Below, in pieces: positions 39,152 to 51,329 of a stretch of 64,000 nucleotides of DNA (the first letter of the stretch is position 1; each line of letters begins with the position of its first letter). This stretch comes from Isurus oxyrinchus (taxonomy: Eukaryota): NCBI GenBank assembly GCA_026770705.1, contig JANJGN010000034.1, forward strand, positions 7,192,001 to 7,256,000, written 5' to 3'. Made by a program: the position numbers and the translations under genes. A model generated the notes under the pieces. That model saw nothing but the letters and a program-made list of their open reading frames with translations. It made no database searches and was not told where the DNA came from.

Positions 39152-40081
39152 GTAAGTACCAGCTGACAAACAATTGTAGCAGCATAACTTTCACAGCTTG
39201 GTTCTAAATAACTTGATCCTGTTTTCCGGTGTTAATATCTGGCTAAATGCATTATGCATAGTGAAAATTGTAGATTTACATAATTCTTGGGATTACAATC
39301 TGCAGGAGATTTCACTAACATCAGGCCGGAAATGTCAATACATATCACTCCTTCTCCTTTCTACATATTTTCGCCTAAAGTTGAAGTCTGGTCGAAAAAC
39401 GGTGCTAATTTCTTGCTCACATTAAATTGCACTGGTTAGATGATTTCTGTGCATTCTTCAAAGTTCTGAGCTCCGCATTGCTACAGTAAAACATACTAAA
39501 AATACTGCACCCTGTTCTGGCCTCTGAACAGCGTTTTCTAAAATCAGACTTAGAATGTGTTAGTATCTGTATAGCTTGGATAGCCCACCTTTCGCCTTTG
39601 TGTATCAATCCAACCTCAGTGTACTGTGGTCAGATCACACCTACATTAATTTACGCAATCTTGTCTCGTCATTACAATCTAAGTAGCAACAGTGTCGATG
39701 ATGGGAACATGATTTAAAACCAAGCTGAGATGTACTATCAGGACAATTAGTATTATAAAGGGGATTTTTCCGTAAAAAATAGAAGGTCCCATTTGGGATG
39801 GTGCTAAACATTACGAATTAGTTGATGATGGAGTCAAAGACAACTGGCCATTAATAGGATATATTCACTAATAAATCAGTAGGGAATACAGAAGGAAAAT
39901 CTTCATTCAGGAACTGTCAATAATATCGAAATCGCTTCCTAAAGTGGTTGGAGCAAATAGCCGGGAACCTGTAAGGGGAATCTCGATAGAAAACAAGGGC
40001 GAGACTAATAGAACAGTGTATTGAAATTTTTCTATATGGTATCGTAAGGATGCGATTTTGTGGAGCTTAAGATCAGCATTG

Positions 40082-40307
40082 CGCATAATATAAGCAGAAG
40101 ATGTTGGCGAACCACAGCCGGACTGGCAGCATCAATGGAGAGTTAAACAGAGTTAATGTTTCGAGTCCGTATGACTCTTCTTCAGAGGCACACGGACCCG
40201 AAATGTGAACTGTCTTACTCTCTCCACAGATGCTGCCAGAACTGCTGAGCTGTTCCAGAATTTTTTTGAATTTCAGATTTCCAGCATTCGCAGTGGTTTG
40301 CTTTCAT
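40082..40307. mobile_element. Older imperfect-palindromic Penelope-derived element with canonical hammerhead core and 10-bp TSD
   Basis: TSD atcagcattg at 40072-40081 and 40308-40317. Minus strand 40149-40187 reads CUGAAGA-A-GAGUC-auacg-GACUC-GAAA-CAUUA; the inverted arm follows. Confidence 0.8.
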
Positions 40308-40650
40308 ATCAGCATTGAGAAATTAGGACGAATGGTCCTTTTCTGAACTGAAATTTCTATGCAATTCCAGAACGCCAGCCTCGCTAATAATCAGTTATAA
40401 CCCAAAATGTAACATTGGAAGAGAAGCACTTGATAATCGTTGCAGCTATTGATGGCTGGTTACTCTCTGGAAAGACCTTTTTCTAGAAGTTTGCCTGAAA
40501 ATGAAAATGAATGTGAAAACCTCACTCAGTGCAATTTGACTTCGCCTGGTCTGAGCTGGGACAACAAATCTGTAATATCACACATCTCAGCAGGTCTAAT
40601 ATTAACATCAGACCAGCGGTGACCATTTATTTTTCTTCTCTTTTTTGCAG

Positions 40651-40677
40651 AAAAAGATACCGAGAAAAAAGATGCAG
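40651..40677 (+). CDS. Micro-exon 12 (27 nt): (K)KDTEKKDA
   Basis: ttatttttcttctcttttttgcag|AAAAAGATACC…GATGCAG|gtcttg. Very strong acceptor, weak donor; joins in frame to EIEKLNNKL. Confidence 0.65.
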
Positions 40678-41091
40678 GTCTTGCATAATTCAACTAGCAT
40701 TTTTTTTTCAGAATTGCAAACTCAGTTGTGACTGTAAAAAATCAATTATTTTTAAAATAACTAATTAAAATAATTATGTGCCAACCTTGGGGCTCTGGCT
40801 CGTACACTCACGTTTGTTTGATGAGGCTTCATTTAACTACCACCGATGCCAATGCCGATGATAGAAATATTCTATGCTGGTTCTGTCATTTTCCAATGCT
40901 GAATGAATCTTTCACTCTCAGATGTGGCAGTGTTGGAATGAGATGAGATTTCCAGTCTTAGTTGGGCATAAAATCTCACATGCGATCAATATGGGAGCAA
41001 ATTCGCTAGTTTCCATTTGCATGCATGAGTCTTTTGAAAATTAAATACAGGAGATAAATGAAGGTTATTTTAGTTGTCAGTTCTACACGAC

Positions 41092-41230
41092 ACCTGAACA
41101 GGAGTCATACGGACTCCGAAAATGAACACTGTTTATCTCTCCAGTGATGCTGCCAAAACTGTTGAACTCTTCTAGGCTTTTTTTCTGTTTTTATCTCTGA
41201 TTTAAAGAATTTGCAGTATTATGCTTTCAT
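41092..41230 (+). mobile_element. Degenerate Penelope pLTR-derived short element
   Basis: cctgaacaggagtcatacggactccgaaaatgaacactgtttatctctccagtgatgctgcc. Confidence 0.65.
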
Positions 41231-41351
41231 CAATAGAAATGAGATGCCTGAGGTGGCTGCTTGCAACAAGAGAGATATATGAAATAACTTGAGCTGGCGA
41301 GAAATCTTACCTTATGATCAAGTATATTATTCTTATTGCATTAATTTTCAG

Positions 41352-41387
41352 AGATAGAAAAACTCAACAACAAACTACTGGCATTCG
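41352..41387 (+). CDS. Micro-exon 13 (36 nt, Cys-less): (E)IEKLNNKLLAF
   Basis: ttcttattgcattaattttcag|AGATAGAAAAACTC…GCATTCG|gtgaga; ends AF|gtgaga like exon 8927. Confidence 0.85.
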
Positions 41388-41559
41388 GTGAGAAAACTAT
41401 GAATTTTGAGCAGAAAATTATTGCAACAAATTTCAAATTATCACAGAAATTTTTATTACATGAGAAAGCGGTGCTGATCGATTGGCAAATCGACTCTGAT
41501 TTGTCAACATTGACATGGAGAATGAAACGGGAAACTGGCTCCCCAAGCTCCTGGGTAAT

Positions 41560-42065
41560 CACAAAAATATCCAAGGCTTGAACATGCTCTTTTTATTTGA
41601 AGAGAGCAGACCCCTGAATATGAATACATGACTGTTTCTAGCAAGTTTAAAACATCACATTATGAGCTTGATTGATTACATTAAGTCAGTTGTTAGTGTA
41701 TCCATTAATGCACTCTGGATTGTTCAACAAGTGCTGCCCAATCACTGAGTCACATGTAAAGTAGACATTATGTTTTGTTTTCAAGCAGGGTCTGGGTGTT
41801 TCTGGTCTTTGCATATTACAGACAAATGAAAGAACATGTTGCTTGACCCGATCAGTCCTCGTGGAAATAATGGGCTGCCTACCTGGCATCACATCAGCAC
41901 TCAAATTCATACATGACAGTGCTCAGGTACGTAATAGGAAAAATATATTTTTGAGCTGACAGCAACATCCTTTTCGTGGATAGTGCCACTTGCATAGCCA
42001 TTGCATAGTGGCAATGTGAAACGGGTCACTTAATCTGCTGTTCAACTTTAACTGACAGCATGTCT
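41560..42065 (-). mobile_element. Penelope element GIY-YIG endonuclease fragment (inverted)
   Basis: …RTDRVKQHV…CDSVIGQHLLNNPEC…. Confidence 0.75.
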
Positions 42066-42129
42066 TCCGATATTAATCCCGAAGCCACTAGATTCTGTGT
42101 TCACTAACATTTCCATCGATTTCCCTGAT

Positions 42130-43325
42130 AAATGCGTTTTTTTGTAATGCAATGAGCTCTACATTCTCACATTATTCACGCTTCAAATGCGTTGACACTA
42201 CATTTGCGACCTTTGAATCTGGAGCCACGTATAACGATTTCCTTACAGAACTTAACATGCTTCACCTCGCACTCCAGTTCACGTTTGAGATTGATCTGTC
42301 TAATATTTTCCATTTCCCCGATGCACTAGTTGAGAAATCTGCTAAGGGGCTCTCCAATATTAAATACCACAAACCCACCTTAACTGGTCAAAATAGCAAT
42401 TGGGATTCGTATCGTTTTACACATAATAAGATTTGTCCACTCTGTAATCTTGTTAAAGGGGCCTGAGCTATTTGCTCACCTTTCACATTTCACACTGAAA
42501 CGGAGTACACCAAATCTAGCCTGCCAGACAATGGTTACCCTGGTTCATTTCTCGATGTGCAGCACAGGAGATGGTCCAAAGGCCCCCACCTTCTAACCGC
42601 AAAATAATCTTGTTTACCTCAAATTACCTTGGAAAGGCAAAGTATCTCAAAACACCTGATGAGTTTAAGCATGCTGGTTTCACACTGCTACTATGGTATG
42701 AGTGATATTTTCCACTAAGAGGGTGCTTAGCACTTTAGCCCATAAAGACATTCACACAGATTCCACAATTTCATGTTTGGATTTCAGGGGCCAGTTGCAT
42801 AGGCTGTACGTGTCCAGGTTTGGCTGATCGAATTAAATAGCACGTTCTATCAGTTTTTCATAATAGCTTACTACAGACTAAGCCGTGCTTGCTATCCAGT
42901 ACTCACCATGCCCCCACCAAAAAAACTTTCCACTGTTAGATGCGATTTTTTTTCCATTGGGATAACACTCACTGTACAATCCTGTTGCGCTCATGGCGAT
43001 ACAAATAAGGTATTTGAAGTAATGACTCAAAGAAATAATGATGGTTCGTTTATCTGAAGCACTTGTCGTATATTCAGAAGCAGGGACTCTTCTCTGCAAA
43101 GGAAAGGCGGTACAAACGCTATGCTATCATTGAATTACTGGGACCTTCCTACGCCTATGGATTTCCCTTGCTTTCTCCCATCAACATCTCAGCCAATTAG
43201 AGTAGACTTGTCAGCCAATCTGCACCTTTATCCTGCAGTGAAAATTGTCCTAAGCATTTGAAAATTGGCATTCTCGTGGAAGGCAAACAGCTTTGGCCAC
43301 CTGTTTCTTGCTTCAGCAATACTTT
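42130..43325 (+). mobile_element. Penelope element RT C-terminus/thumb, GIY-YIG and 3' end, decayed
   Basis: FKCVDTTFATF (RYVDD-like), LNMLHLALQFTFE, HFPDALV, HKPTLTGQ..NWDS. Confidence 0.8.
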
Positions 43326-43769
43326 ATCATGCTGAAGTACACTTCACTACACAGGTTAAATTAAGTTGCTTAGATTATGAGAACACAGTATCAGGAAATA
43401 GGATCCGCTCTGCAAAGCTTACATATCATTGTGGGATAGTGATCAATATGCAAGATCAATAATGCAAAGGGCGGTCAGCTATCGGTGTCATCTCGTGTCT
43501 GTTAACTGGCGCATTGAAGAGATATGTAAGGGGGGTGAGGGATGTGGGATATTAACATTCTTTGAAAGGATGGAGGCTAGGCCAGCACTTTTATTCTTCA
43601 TTCCTAATATAACTTGAGATGGTGATGGTAAGCCGGCATCTTGAACAACTGCAGTCAAACTGGGTAAGGCCAATTGCGAATCAGGTCCAGTATGGAAAAC
43701 GGTGCATAGGTATGCACTCTGGTTGGAGAAAGTTCCCGAATTGACATGCTGCTTCACTGGTGAAGTTTG

Positions 43770-44440
43770 CTATGGTTGAAAACGAAAACATATGCGCACA
43801 ACTTTGTGTTAGATCAGGTAAGGGTGAGAAGGGAGTGAATGCCCTTATCATAGCCATTTCCAGTCTTAATGAATTTCTGCTGGGTGTGTTTATGTTTGCA
43901 TGTGTTCCGTAATTTGGGTCGGCGTTTGTGGAACAGGACAACTGTGGGTTCAGCGCAGCTAAGGTGAGAGGATTTTGTATGAAATTCTCAATGACTATGG
44001 GCAGGAATGGCTGTATTTGAGGGGGCGAGAATGTAAGAGGAATCTGATGGCTGCATTCGGGATGGTACAGATCAGCTAATGGTCAGACATGCACACGAGT
44101 AGTCGGGTACAGGTTATAAAATGCGGCCATGAGGCCAAGCAGGGATTCAATAAGACAGGTATCATACTGGTTGTGGGTTAGGTCAGGGATAGTGAGGTTC
44201 AACGTCATTGAAATGTGTGGGATTTGGCCTCACTGTTAGTGCAAATGGGTAAGTTTTGACATTTTTGATACTAGGATTGGTTGGGTTTTGGGTAATGGTA
44301 ATGGCAAGTCTGTGTGAACTATAACATGGGAGCGACTGAACACTTTTCAAATTGGGCTTCAGACATGACAAATGTAAATGAATTTGGTATGCAAGGGATC
44401 AGCCAAAGTTGACATTATCAATCGTTGATGTTGTTTAGCG
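43770..44440 (-). mobile_element. Highly decayed L2 LINE RT fragment
   Basis: Minus strand resembles PQGS.L.P.LF…YADDTQL (tgcgctgaacccacagttg). Confidence 0.4.
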
Positions 44441-44489
44441 TGACGTTGACTATAGGTTGATAATGGACTCGAGAAAGATATATAAATGG

Positions 44490-45015
44490 GGAGGCAGTGG
44501 CAACATAGTAATATCACTGGGCTTTGAAAGAAAAGGGATGCTCAGGGAAATGTTATGGAATCAGGGATTAACGTGTTACAATAGCAGCTTTAAATTCAAT
44601 TGATAATTCTGAAAAAAATTCATTGATAGTAACCCAAGGCATCATTGTTGATTGTTGTAAAATAAAATCCATTTCACTAATGCCCGTTAGAGAACCAAAT
44701 CTACTATCCTTACCTGGCCTGGCCTACATGTGACTCCAGACACAAGATGATGAGATCGATTATTTAGTGCCCTCTAAAATGGCATAGCAACCCACTCAGC
44801 TGTTTCAAATTGCTACAAAGCCAAAAGTCAATTAAACCAGATGGACCAGTGTGCACAAGCTGGTCTACAGAGATGAAATTGCAAACACAGCCCTGTCATC
44901 GCTGGAAAGTCCTCATTATTAACATAATTATAATACATGTGGGCTTGCATCAATTTTGGGAGAGTTGTCCTACAGACTAGTTAAGCAATAATATGATATT
45001 GTTAAGCACTCTGAA
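44490..45015 (+). mobile_element. DeuSINE-type head directly continued by LINE endonuclease N-terminus
   Basis: ggcaacatagtaatatcactgg…tccttacctggcctggcctacatgtgactccagac…ccactcagctg, then cagccctgtcatcgctggaaagtcctc…ttgggagagttgtcctacagactagttaagcaa (LGELS.RLVKQ). Confidence 0.65.
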
Positions 45016-45348
45016 TTGCACATTGCAAGTTTCCACTTCCTTTACCCACCTTTTGGTAATTTCCAATCATTCTTCTGTGCTGCGACGTCTGGACAGTTGT
45101 CCCTAAAGTTCCCCACAGTGCAATCCCCTCATGTAAGATTTTGCTTCAAACCTACATTTCAGAAAATGCACGTAAAAGGTTGTGAAAGCGTCGCATTAAC
45201 TCGCTCAGTATCAATTTTTTTATGGAAAAGGCTTCTTTCAATGTTTTCTGAATAATCACTATATTCAGCATCAGAATATAACTCTCAGCATTCGGATTTG
45301 GGCAGGCAGATCTTCGAGCCCAGATCACTTGCCTTCTATTTCTGTCAG

Positions 45349-45351
45349 ATG
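45349..45351 (+). CDS. Candidate 3-nt micro-exon (ATG)
   Basis: cacttgccttctatttctgtcag|ATG|gtgagt; good polypyrimidine tract and consensus donor; frame-preserving. Confidence 0.35.
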
Positions 45352-45479
45352 GTGAGTGCGATGTGACACATTGTCAACTCAAAAAAAAATCCTTCGTTCA
45401 CAGAAATTCATCCAGTCACTCCATACAACTTATACTGATGTCCCAGCATCGATTTGACACTGGAAACGTTATCAGCACA

Positions 45480-48400
45480 CCCAGATAATTCGATCCTGTA
45501 AAATCATCCTTATCAACGGCTGGAGATTTGCGCAAAAATCGGTACAGCTGCCCCACAGGCTAGTCAAGAAACAGCCAAATGAAGTCATATTCAACGAATC
45601 ATACCTTATAGACAATACTCCAGTCACCATCATTACCATCGCCAAGTATTTCATACCCCATCCACGGGGCACACTCACCAGTGGTGGAGGAACAGTGATA
45701 TACAGTCAGAGAGGAGATGCCCTGGGAGTTGTGGACATTGACTCCAGACTCCAAAACGACTTACAGGCAACAGGCCAAACAGTGGCATGAAAACATCCTG
45801 CTGGGTACCACCTACCAATCCCCAACCTCCTCTAATAGATCAGTATTCCTCCCTAATGAACAACAGTTGGATAAAGCACTTAAGGTGACAACGGGGCAGG
45901 CAGCACTCTAGGTGGCAAACTTCAATGCGTAGCATTAAGACTGGATCGATTGAATATTATTGACCTAACTGGGTGAATCCTGGAGGGCATAACTGCTAGA
46001 CTGTAACTGTGGCAGTTGATGAGGGAATCGATAAGAGAGGAAAACACACTTGACATTTTTCTCACCAATATACCTGCCGCAGATCATTCTGTCCATATCA
46101 CTGCTGGTAGGAGTTACCACCGTGCAATCCTTGTGGAGACGAATTCCCATCTGCGCAGTGAGTGTACACCGCGTCTTGCAGTATGCCACAAACAACATGC
46201 TAAATGGGGTAGATTTCGAACTGACCTAGCACTAAGAACTGGATACCCACGTGGCGCACTGGACATCTGCAGCATCAGAATAAATCACAAGTTCTAACCT
46301 CGCAGAGTGATTATTCACCCATTCTGACATTACACTGAAGCTTCGCTACCAGCCCTGGTTCAATGAACAATCCAGGACTGCATGCCAGGATAAGCACTAG
46401 GCATACCTGAAACTGAGGTGTCAACATGGTGAAGAGACAACACAGGACCACTTGCTTGCCAAACAGTATAAGCTGTTTGCTATGCATCAAACTAAGTGAT
46501 CCTACAACCAATGGACCAAATTTGCGCACTGCAGCCTTGCCACACCCAGTTGGGAATTCTGCTGAGCAATCAAGCAACGAACCCGGGGAGATGCCTTTGC
46601 AAATATTGCCATTTCCAATGATGAGGGAGCCCAGAACAACAATGCAAAGGAGAAGATTCAGGCATTTGAAATCATCGTCATTCAGAAGAGCCCAGTGGAA
46701 GTTCTAACTCAGCCTCCTCCTGAGCTCCTCGGCATCGCAGTTTCCACTGTTCATTCAATTAGGTACACTGCAAGTGATTTTGACAGAGGACTGAATGTAC
46801 TGGATATTGCGAATGCCAAAGGCCCTAGCAACATTCTGGGCATAGTACGTGCTTTTCAGAACGAGCTTTTCCAGTACAGCTGCAACACTGGCATCTATGC
46901 AACATTGTGCAATATTGCGCAGTTATATCCCATCCACAATAAGCAGGGCAAAGGCAATCCTACACATTACCATCCCATTAGTCTACTCTCATCAGCAAAG
47001 TGATGGAACACGTGTCGGCTGTGCTATCAAGTGGCCCTTACACAGCCAAAGCCATTCAAACCCTTCATCATTACAGCCTTGGTCCCAGCATGGTCACAAG
47101 AAGTAACGCAAGAAGTGATGTGAGAGTGACTGATATTGAAGTAAATGGAAAATTTGAACGAATGCAACATCAACGACCCTAAGAGAACTAAAACCAATGG
47201 GAATGAGTGTGACAAAGGCTCGAACGGTTGTAGTCTTAACTTGTAAAAACGGAAGATGGTGGTGCTCCCTGGTGGTCAACAATATCAGTACAAGGACTTT
47301 CATGCACGAGTTCCTTTACGTCGTGTTCTCAGCCCAAACTTCGTCAACTGCTTCATCAATGACCTTCCTTCAATCATAAGGCCAGAAGCGTGAATGTTCA
47401 CTGAACATTGCACAATGTTCAGCAACATTTTCAACTAGTCAAATAATTGAAGGAATTTTGGTGCATACTCAGTGAAACCTGAAGACCATTCAAGGTTGGG
47501 CTGAAAAGCAGCAAGTAATATACACGCTATTCAAGTGCCAGTCAATGATCATCTCCAACAAGAGATAATGAAACCATCACTCCTTGATGTTAGCTGGCAT
47601 TACCTTAGTGGAATTCCCAACACCCGAGGCGTTTCTGTTTCCCAGAAAGTGAACTGGGCTAGCCAAATTAAGACTGTGGCGTGAATGGGCATCCAGGGAA
47701 AGTGGATTCTCTGGTGAGTAACTCACCTGGCTCCTCAATGTGTGTCCCCATCTATTTGGGAAAAGTCAGGTGCGTGATGGTACAATGTCAACTTGACTGG
47801 ATGAGTGCAGCAACAAAAATAAGAAAGAAGCTCGAGACCATCCAGGGCAAAGCAACCCATTGGATTGGCAAAACATCAAGAACCTTAAACATACACTTCC
47901 GCCACAGCCCAGCAGTGAGTACGCTCTATGTGATGCACTGCAGCAACTCACCAAGGCTCATTTACAACATCCTCCAAAAGGGTGACATATGTGCCCAGAA
48001 GGCAAGTCTATCAGATGCATGAGAGCATCACCAGCTGCAACTTTCCTTCCAAATCGCCTATCATGCTGTCTTGGAACTATATTGCCTTTTCTTCACTGTT
48101 TCTATGATAAAATCCAGGAACACCATTCCTAAAAGCACTGTGAGTGTGGCCACAACACAAGAACATAACAACACAATAAATAGGAACAGCAGTAGGCTAT
48201 TTTGGCCTTTTTGACCTCCTCCGCCATTTGCTTAGGTCATGGCTGACCTTCTTGCTTTTCCACTTCCACATTTCCATCTAACCCTGATAACCTTTGATTC
48301 CCTTGCCTAATAAGAATCTGTTTGCATAAATAGAAAAACAAAAAACTGCAGATGCTGGAAATCCAAAACAAAAACAGTATTACCTGGAAAAACTCAGCAG

Positions 48401-49025
48401 GTCTGGCAGCATTGGTGGAGAAGAAAAGAGTTGACGGTTCGAGTCCTCAGGATGTCAACTCTTTTCTTCTCCACTGATGCTGCCAGACCTGCTAATTGTT
48501 TTCAGGTAATTCTGTTTTTGTTAAGAATCTCTTTACCTTTGCGCTAAAAAAAAAACAATGGCCCCGCCTGCACCACCTTCTGAGGGCGAGGCTTCCAAAG
48601 TCGCACATCCCTCTGAGAGAAAATAAAATCCTCATCTCTGTCCTAAAAAGGCGAACCCTAATTTTAAAACATGCCCCCTAGTTTTTCACTCACCCGCAAG
48701 AGGAACCATCCTTTCAATGTCCACCTCATCAAGGCCATTCAGGAACTTGTACACTTCAATCAAATCACTCCTCACACTTCTAAACTCCAGTGGAATCAAG
48801 GCCATCCTGTCCAACATTCCCTCAACCCATTCATTCCAGCTATCAATCTAGTAAAGCTCATTTGAACCACATTCAATGCGTTTACATCCTTCCATAAATA
48901 AGGCGAACAAAACTGCACACATAGGCGGGTTCAAGAAGACGACTGACAAAAATCTTCTGAAGGACAATTAGAGATAGGCAATAAATGCTGGCCTGGCCAG
49001 CGAAGCTGAAATCCTGTGAAATAAT
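45480..49025 (+). mobile_element. Near-complete decayed L2/Crack-type LINE ORF2 (EN+RT); tail split off by a CR1 insertion (about 48160-48920, - strand)
   Basis: RLVKKQPNEVIFNESYL; REENTLDIFLTN…SYHRAILV; PIHNKQGKGNPTHYHPISLLS; CFINDLP; tail resumes at 48925 gcgggttcaagaag…caataaatgctggcc. Confidence 0.8.
48320..48521. mobile_element. Palindromic Penelope-derived element with centre deleted, 9-bp TSD
   Basis: Inverted arms acaaaaacagtattacctgg…gagttgac / gtcaactc…ggtaattctgtttttgt; TSD taagaatct at 48311-48319 and 48522-48530. Confidence 0.85.
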
Positions 49026-49739
49026 AATACAATTGCCTGATGATGTTTGTGTGTTCCAGCACCGGTGAGATCCAGTATTGTTGAAATTGGGTATAGTTGC
49101 AATTTAGCATGGTGCTTGGTGGTTGGATAAGTGGGGGGTGCAGCTATTTCTGGGTATGTTACAGTACAGCGAGAGATTTGAAGAGAAAAATTGACCTAGA
49201 TGGCACAGCAAGTTCCATTATTCCCCAATAGGCCACTGCTCTCTCAATTCTGTAAATGCAAATATATTTCCGCCTATTCTCTCCAGTGTCTCCAATAACC
49301 CAATTGTTATTGAGATCCCAAATCAGTTGTTCTTTTGAAAGGATGGTCCTAGTTATGGAACCAACGTAAGTGCAGATCTTGCTAGATCGAAACATTCTAC
49401 TTCTGTCAGCAGTGTGTTCAATTCTGCACCACTACAATGGTCATAAATCATATGTTTTACAGAATTGAGCATATGGTCCCACTAGCCAGCTCTGTCCTTG
49501 AATATGTTCATGGCTGATCTCCTGCCTCAACCCGACTTTTCTTACCTCTTCCCAGATCTCTGAAATAATCTGTCAAATGTTTCGATCTATAACAGCTTTA
49601 AATATGGAATGGGGCATCCACAACCATTTCGGGCAGAAAAATTGACAGGTACACGACAAGTTGAGTTAATATATTTCTCTCCTCTCAGTGCTAAATGATT
49701 CACCACTTGTCATCTCTCAATCAACATCACTGAATACAA

Positions 49740-50430
49740 TTGTCTGATACTTTAACTAGACCATATGTTATCAAGTGCACATTTCTAAATGGGTTTAGGG
49801 AAAAATACACCTCTATTACATGTGTACAAATTTTTGGAGGCCGTGAACCTGGTTAAAAAAGACACATGCAAGGCTTAAAGTAATGACACTGAATACAAAA
49901 GTAAACAAGCGATGACGTACATGTATAAAAACCGCTTGGGAAAGAGCTGTTGTGTTCAATTCGATCTACATGCTTTAGGAAGGATCTGCAGATTGGAGAG
50001 GAGGGAACAAACATTTACCAGTGTGCTCCTGGGAAAAAGGTGCGAGGATATACTTGGGAAATTGGTATCTTTGTTCTTGGAGAGGGAAATATGGAGAGGA
50101 AGTTTGGCAAAGATATCCAAAGTTGTGAGGTGTCTAGACAAATTTGAGTGTCAATTCTATGTCCATTTGCAGAAACATCAAAATCAGAGGATACAGAGTA
50201 AGGGTGATAGGTGAAAGAACCAAAGGCAATCACGTGTTTTTTTTAGGCAGCGAGCGGTAGGGCCTGAAACATCTCTGCATGGTTGTGGGATAGAGATTGA
50301 ATCGAAGTTTCAAATGGGGAATAGATTAATACATGAATGAAAGATAAAATGAAATTGATTAACCACCGTTGTGCACCTTCCTCAAATTGCAGGATAGATT
50401 TAGGCTTTTTCGAACACGCTCCATAGCACA
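49740..50430 (+). mobile_element. Decayed CR1 LINE 3' portion
   Basis: CCVQF..HALGR…; LVSLFLEREIWRGSL.KI.KVVR.LD. Confidence 0.65.
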
Positions 50431-50468
50431 CGTTCAATGCCTGTTTCATGTTTCTGATCTCATTACAG

Positions 50469-50483
50469 AAAAACTGAAGAAAG
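50469..50483 (+). CDS. Micro-exon 14 (15 nt): (E)KLKK
   Basis: tttcatgtttctgatctcattacag|AAAAACTGAAGAAAG|gtaagt. Confidence 0.8.
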
Positions 50484-50729
50484 GTAAGTGAGTTCATGCT
50501 ATTGAGTCTGAACTTGTAAATGCAATGTAAATCATGTGGTGTGGAAGAACATGTTCATACCGCTAACGGCCCTATTTGCTTTCCATTTTTAAAGTCTAAG
50601 TCTTCTGTTCAGATCCGCAAGAGGGCCCGCACCTCGGCGGCTTTATAACTTCTTCCAGCCCACAAAGCTTGAAAACTCTGACCTCTTGGACAATCCCAGT
50701 TACTTTGTCCCATTATTGACGTCCGTATG

Positions 50730-51105
50730 TTTTATTATTTATCTTTCATGGGATATGGGCGGTGCTGGCAGGGCCAACATTTGTTGCTAATTCCAGGAGT
50801 GAACATTTCTGATGGTGGTTTAGAATCAACCGCATTACTGTTGATCTGCATTCTCATGTAGGCTTGACTAGGAAAGGGTGGCAAGTTAACTTCTATAAAG
50901 GGCATTCAGGAACAAAATGGATTTTTACAACAATCACTGTTGTAAATATTTATGGTTGATTCATCGACAGCATTAAGGGGGCCAGCTTTCAATTCCAGAA
51001 TATATTAATTTTATTTAAGTTCTGCCAGCTGCCAAGGTGGGATTTAAACGTGTGTTCACGAAGCATTAGCCTGGGCGTCTGAATTTTTTGGTCTGGCGGC
51101 ATGAC
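50730..51105 (-). mobile_element. Deu-domain tRNA SINE
   Basis: ttcatgggatatgggcggtgctggcagggccaacatt…ggtgggatttaaacg…agcattagcctgggc. Confidence 0.65.
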
Positions 51106-51329
51106 CAGTCTGTTCTGTCTGCATGGTCTTGAGCTCATCAACCTCAGGCTTGAGTTATTTAGTTCCCTCCACCTGTCCATTTCCAAATTTAGGATGTACC
51201 ATAAAACTTAGCTATATGTATGGCTCAATGTCAGCTCTCCTAATTTACTGCCAGTTCTAATATCTCCCGAAATATTTGGAAGTCAACTTCTGCTGGAGCA
51301 TGCGCCTGTAAAATGACTTGGCCCCATGT

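Noticed and set aside
49336-49359. 24-nt segment with strong donor (gaaag|GATGG…CAAC|gtaagt)
   Set aside because: Stop codon in the phase-1 frame used by the gene.
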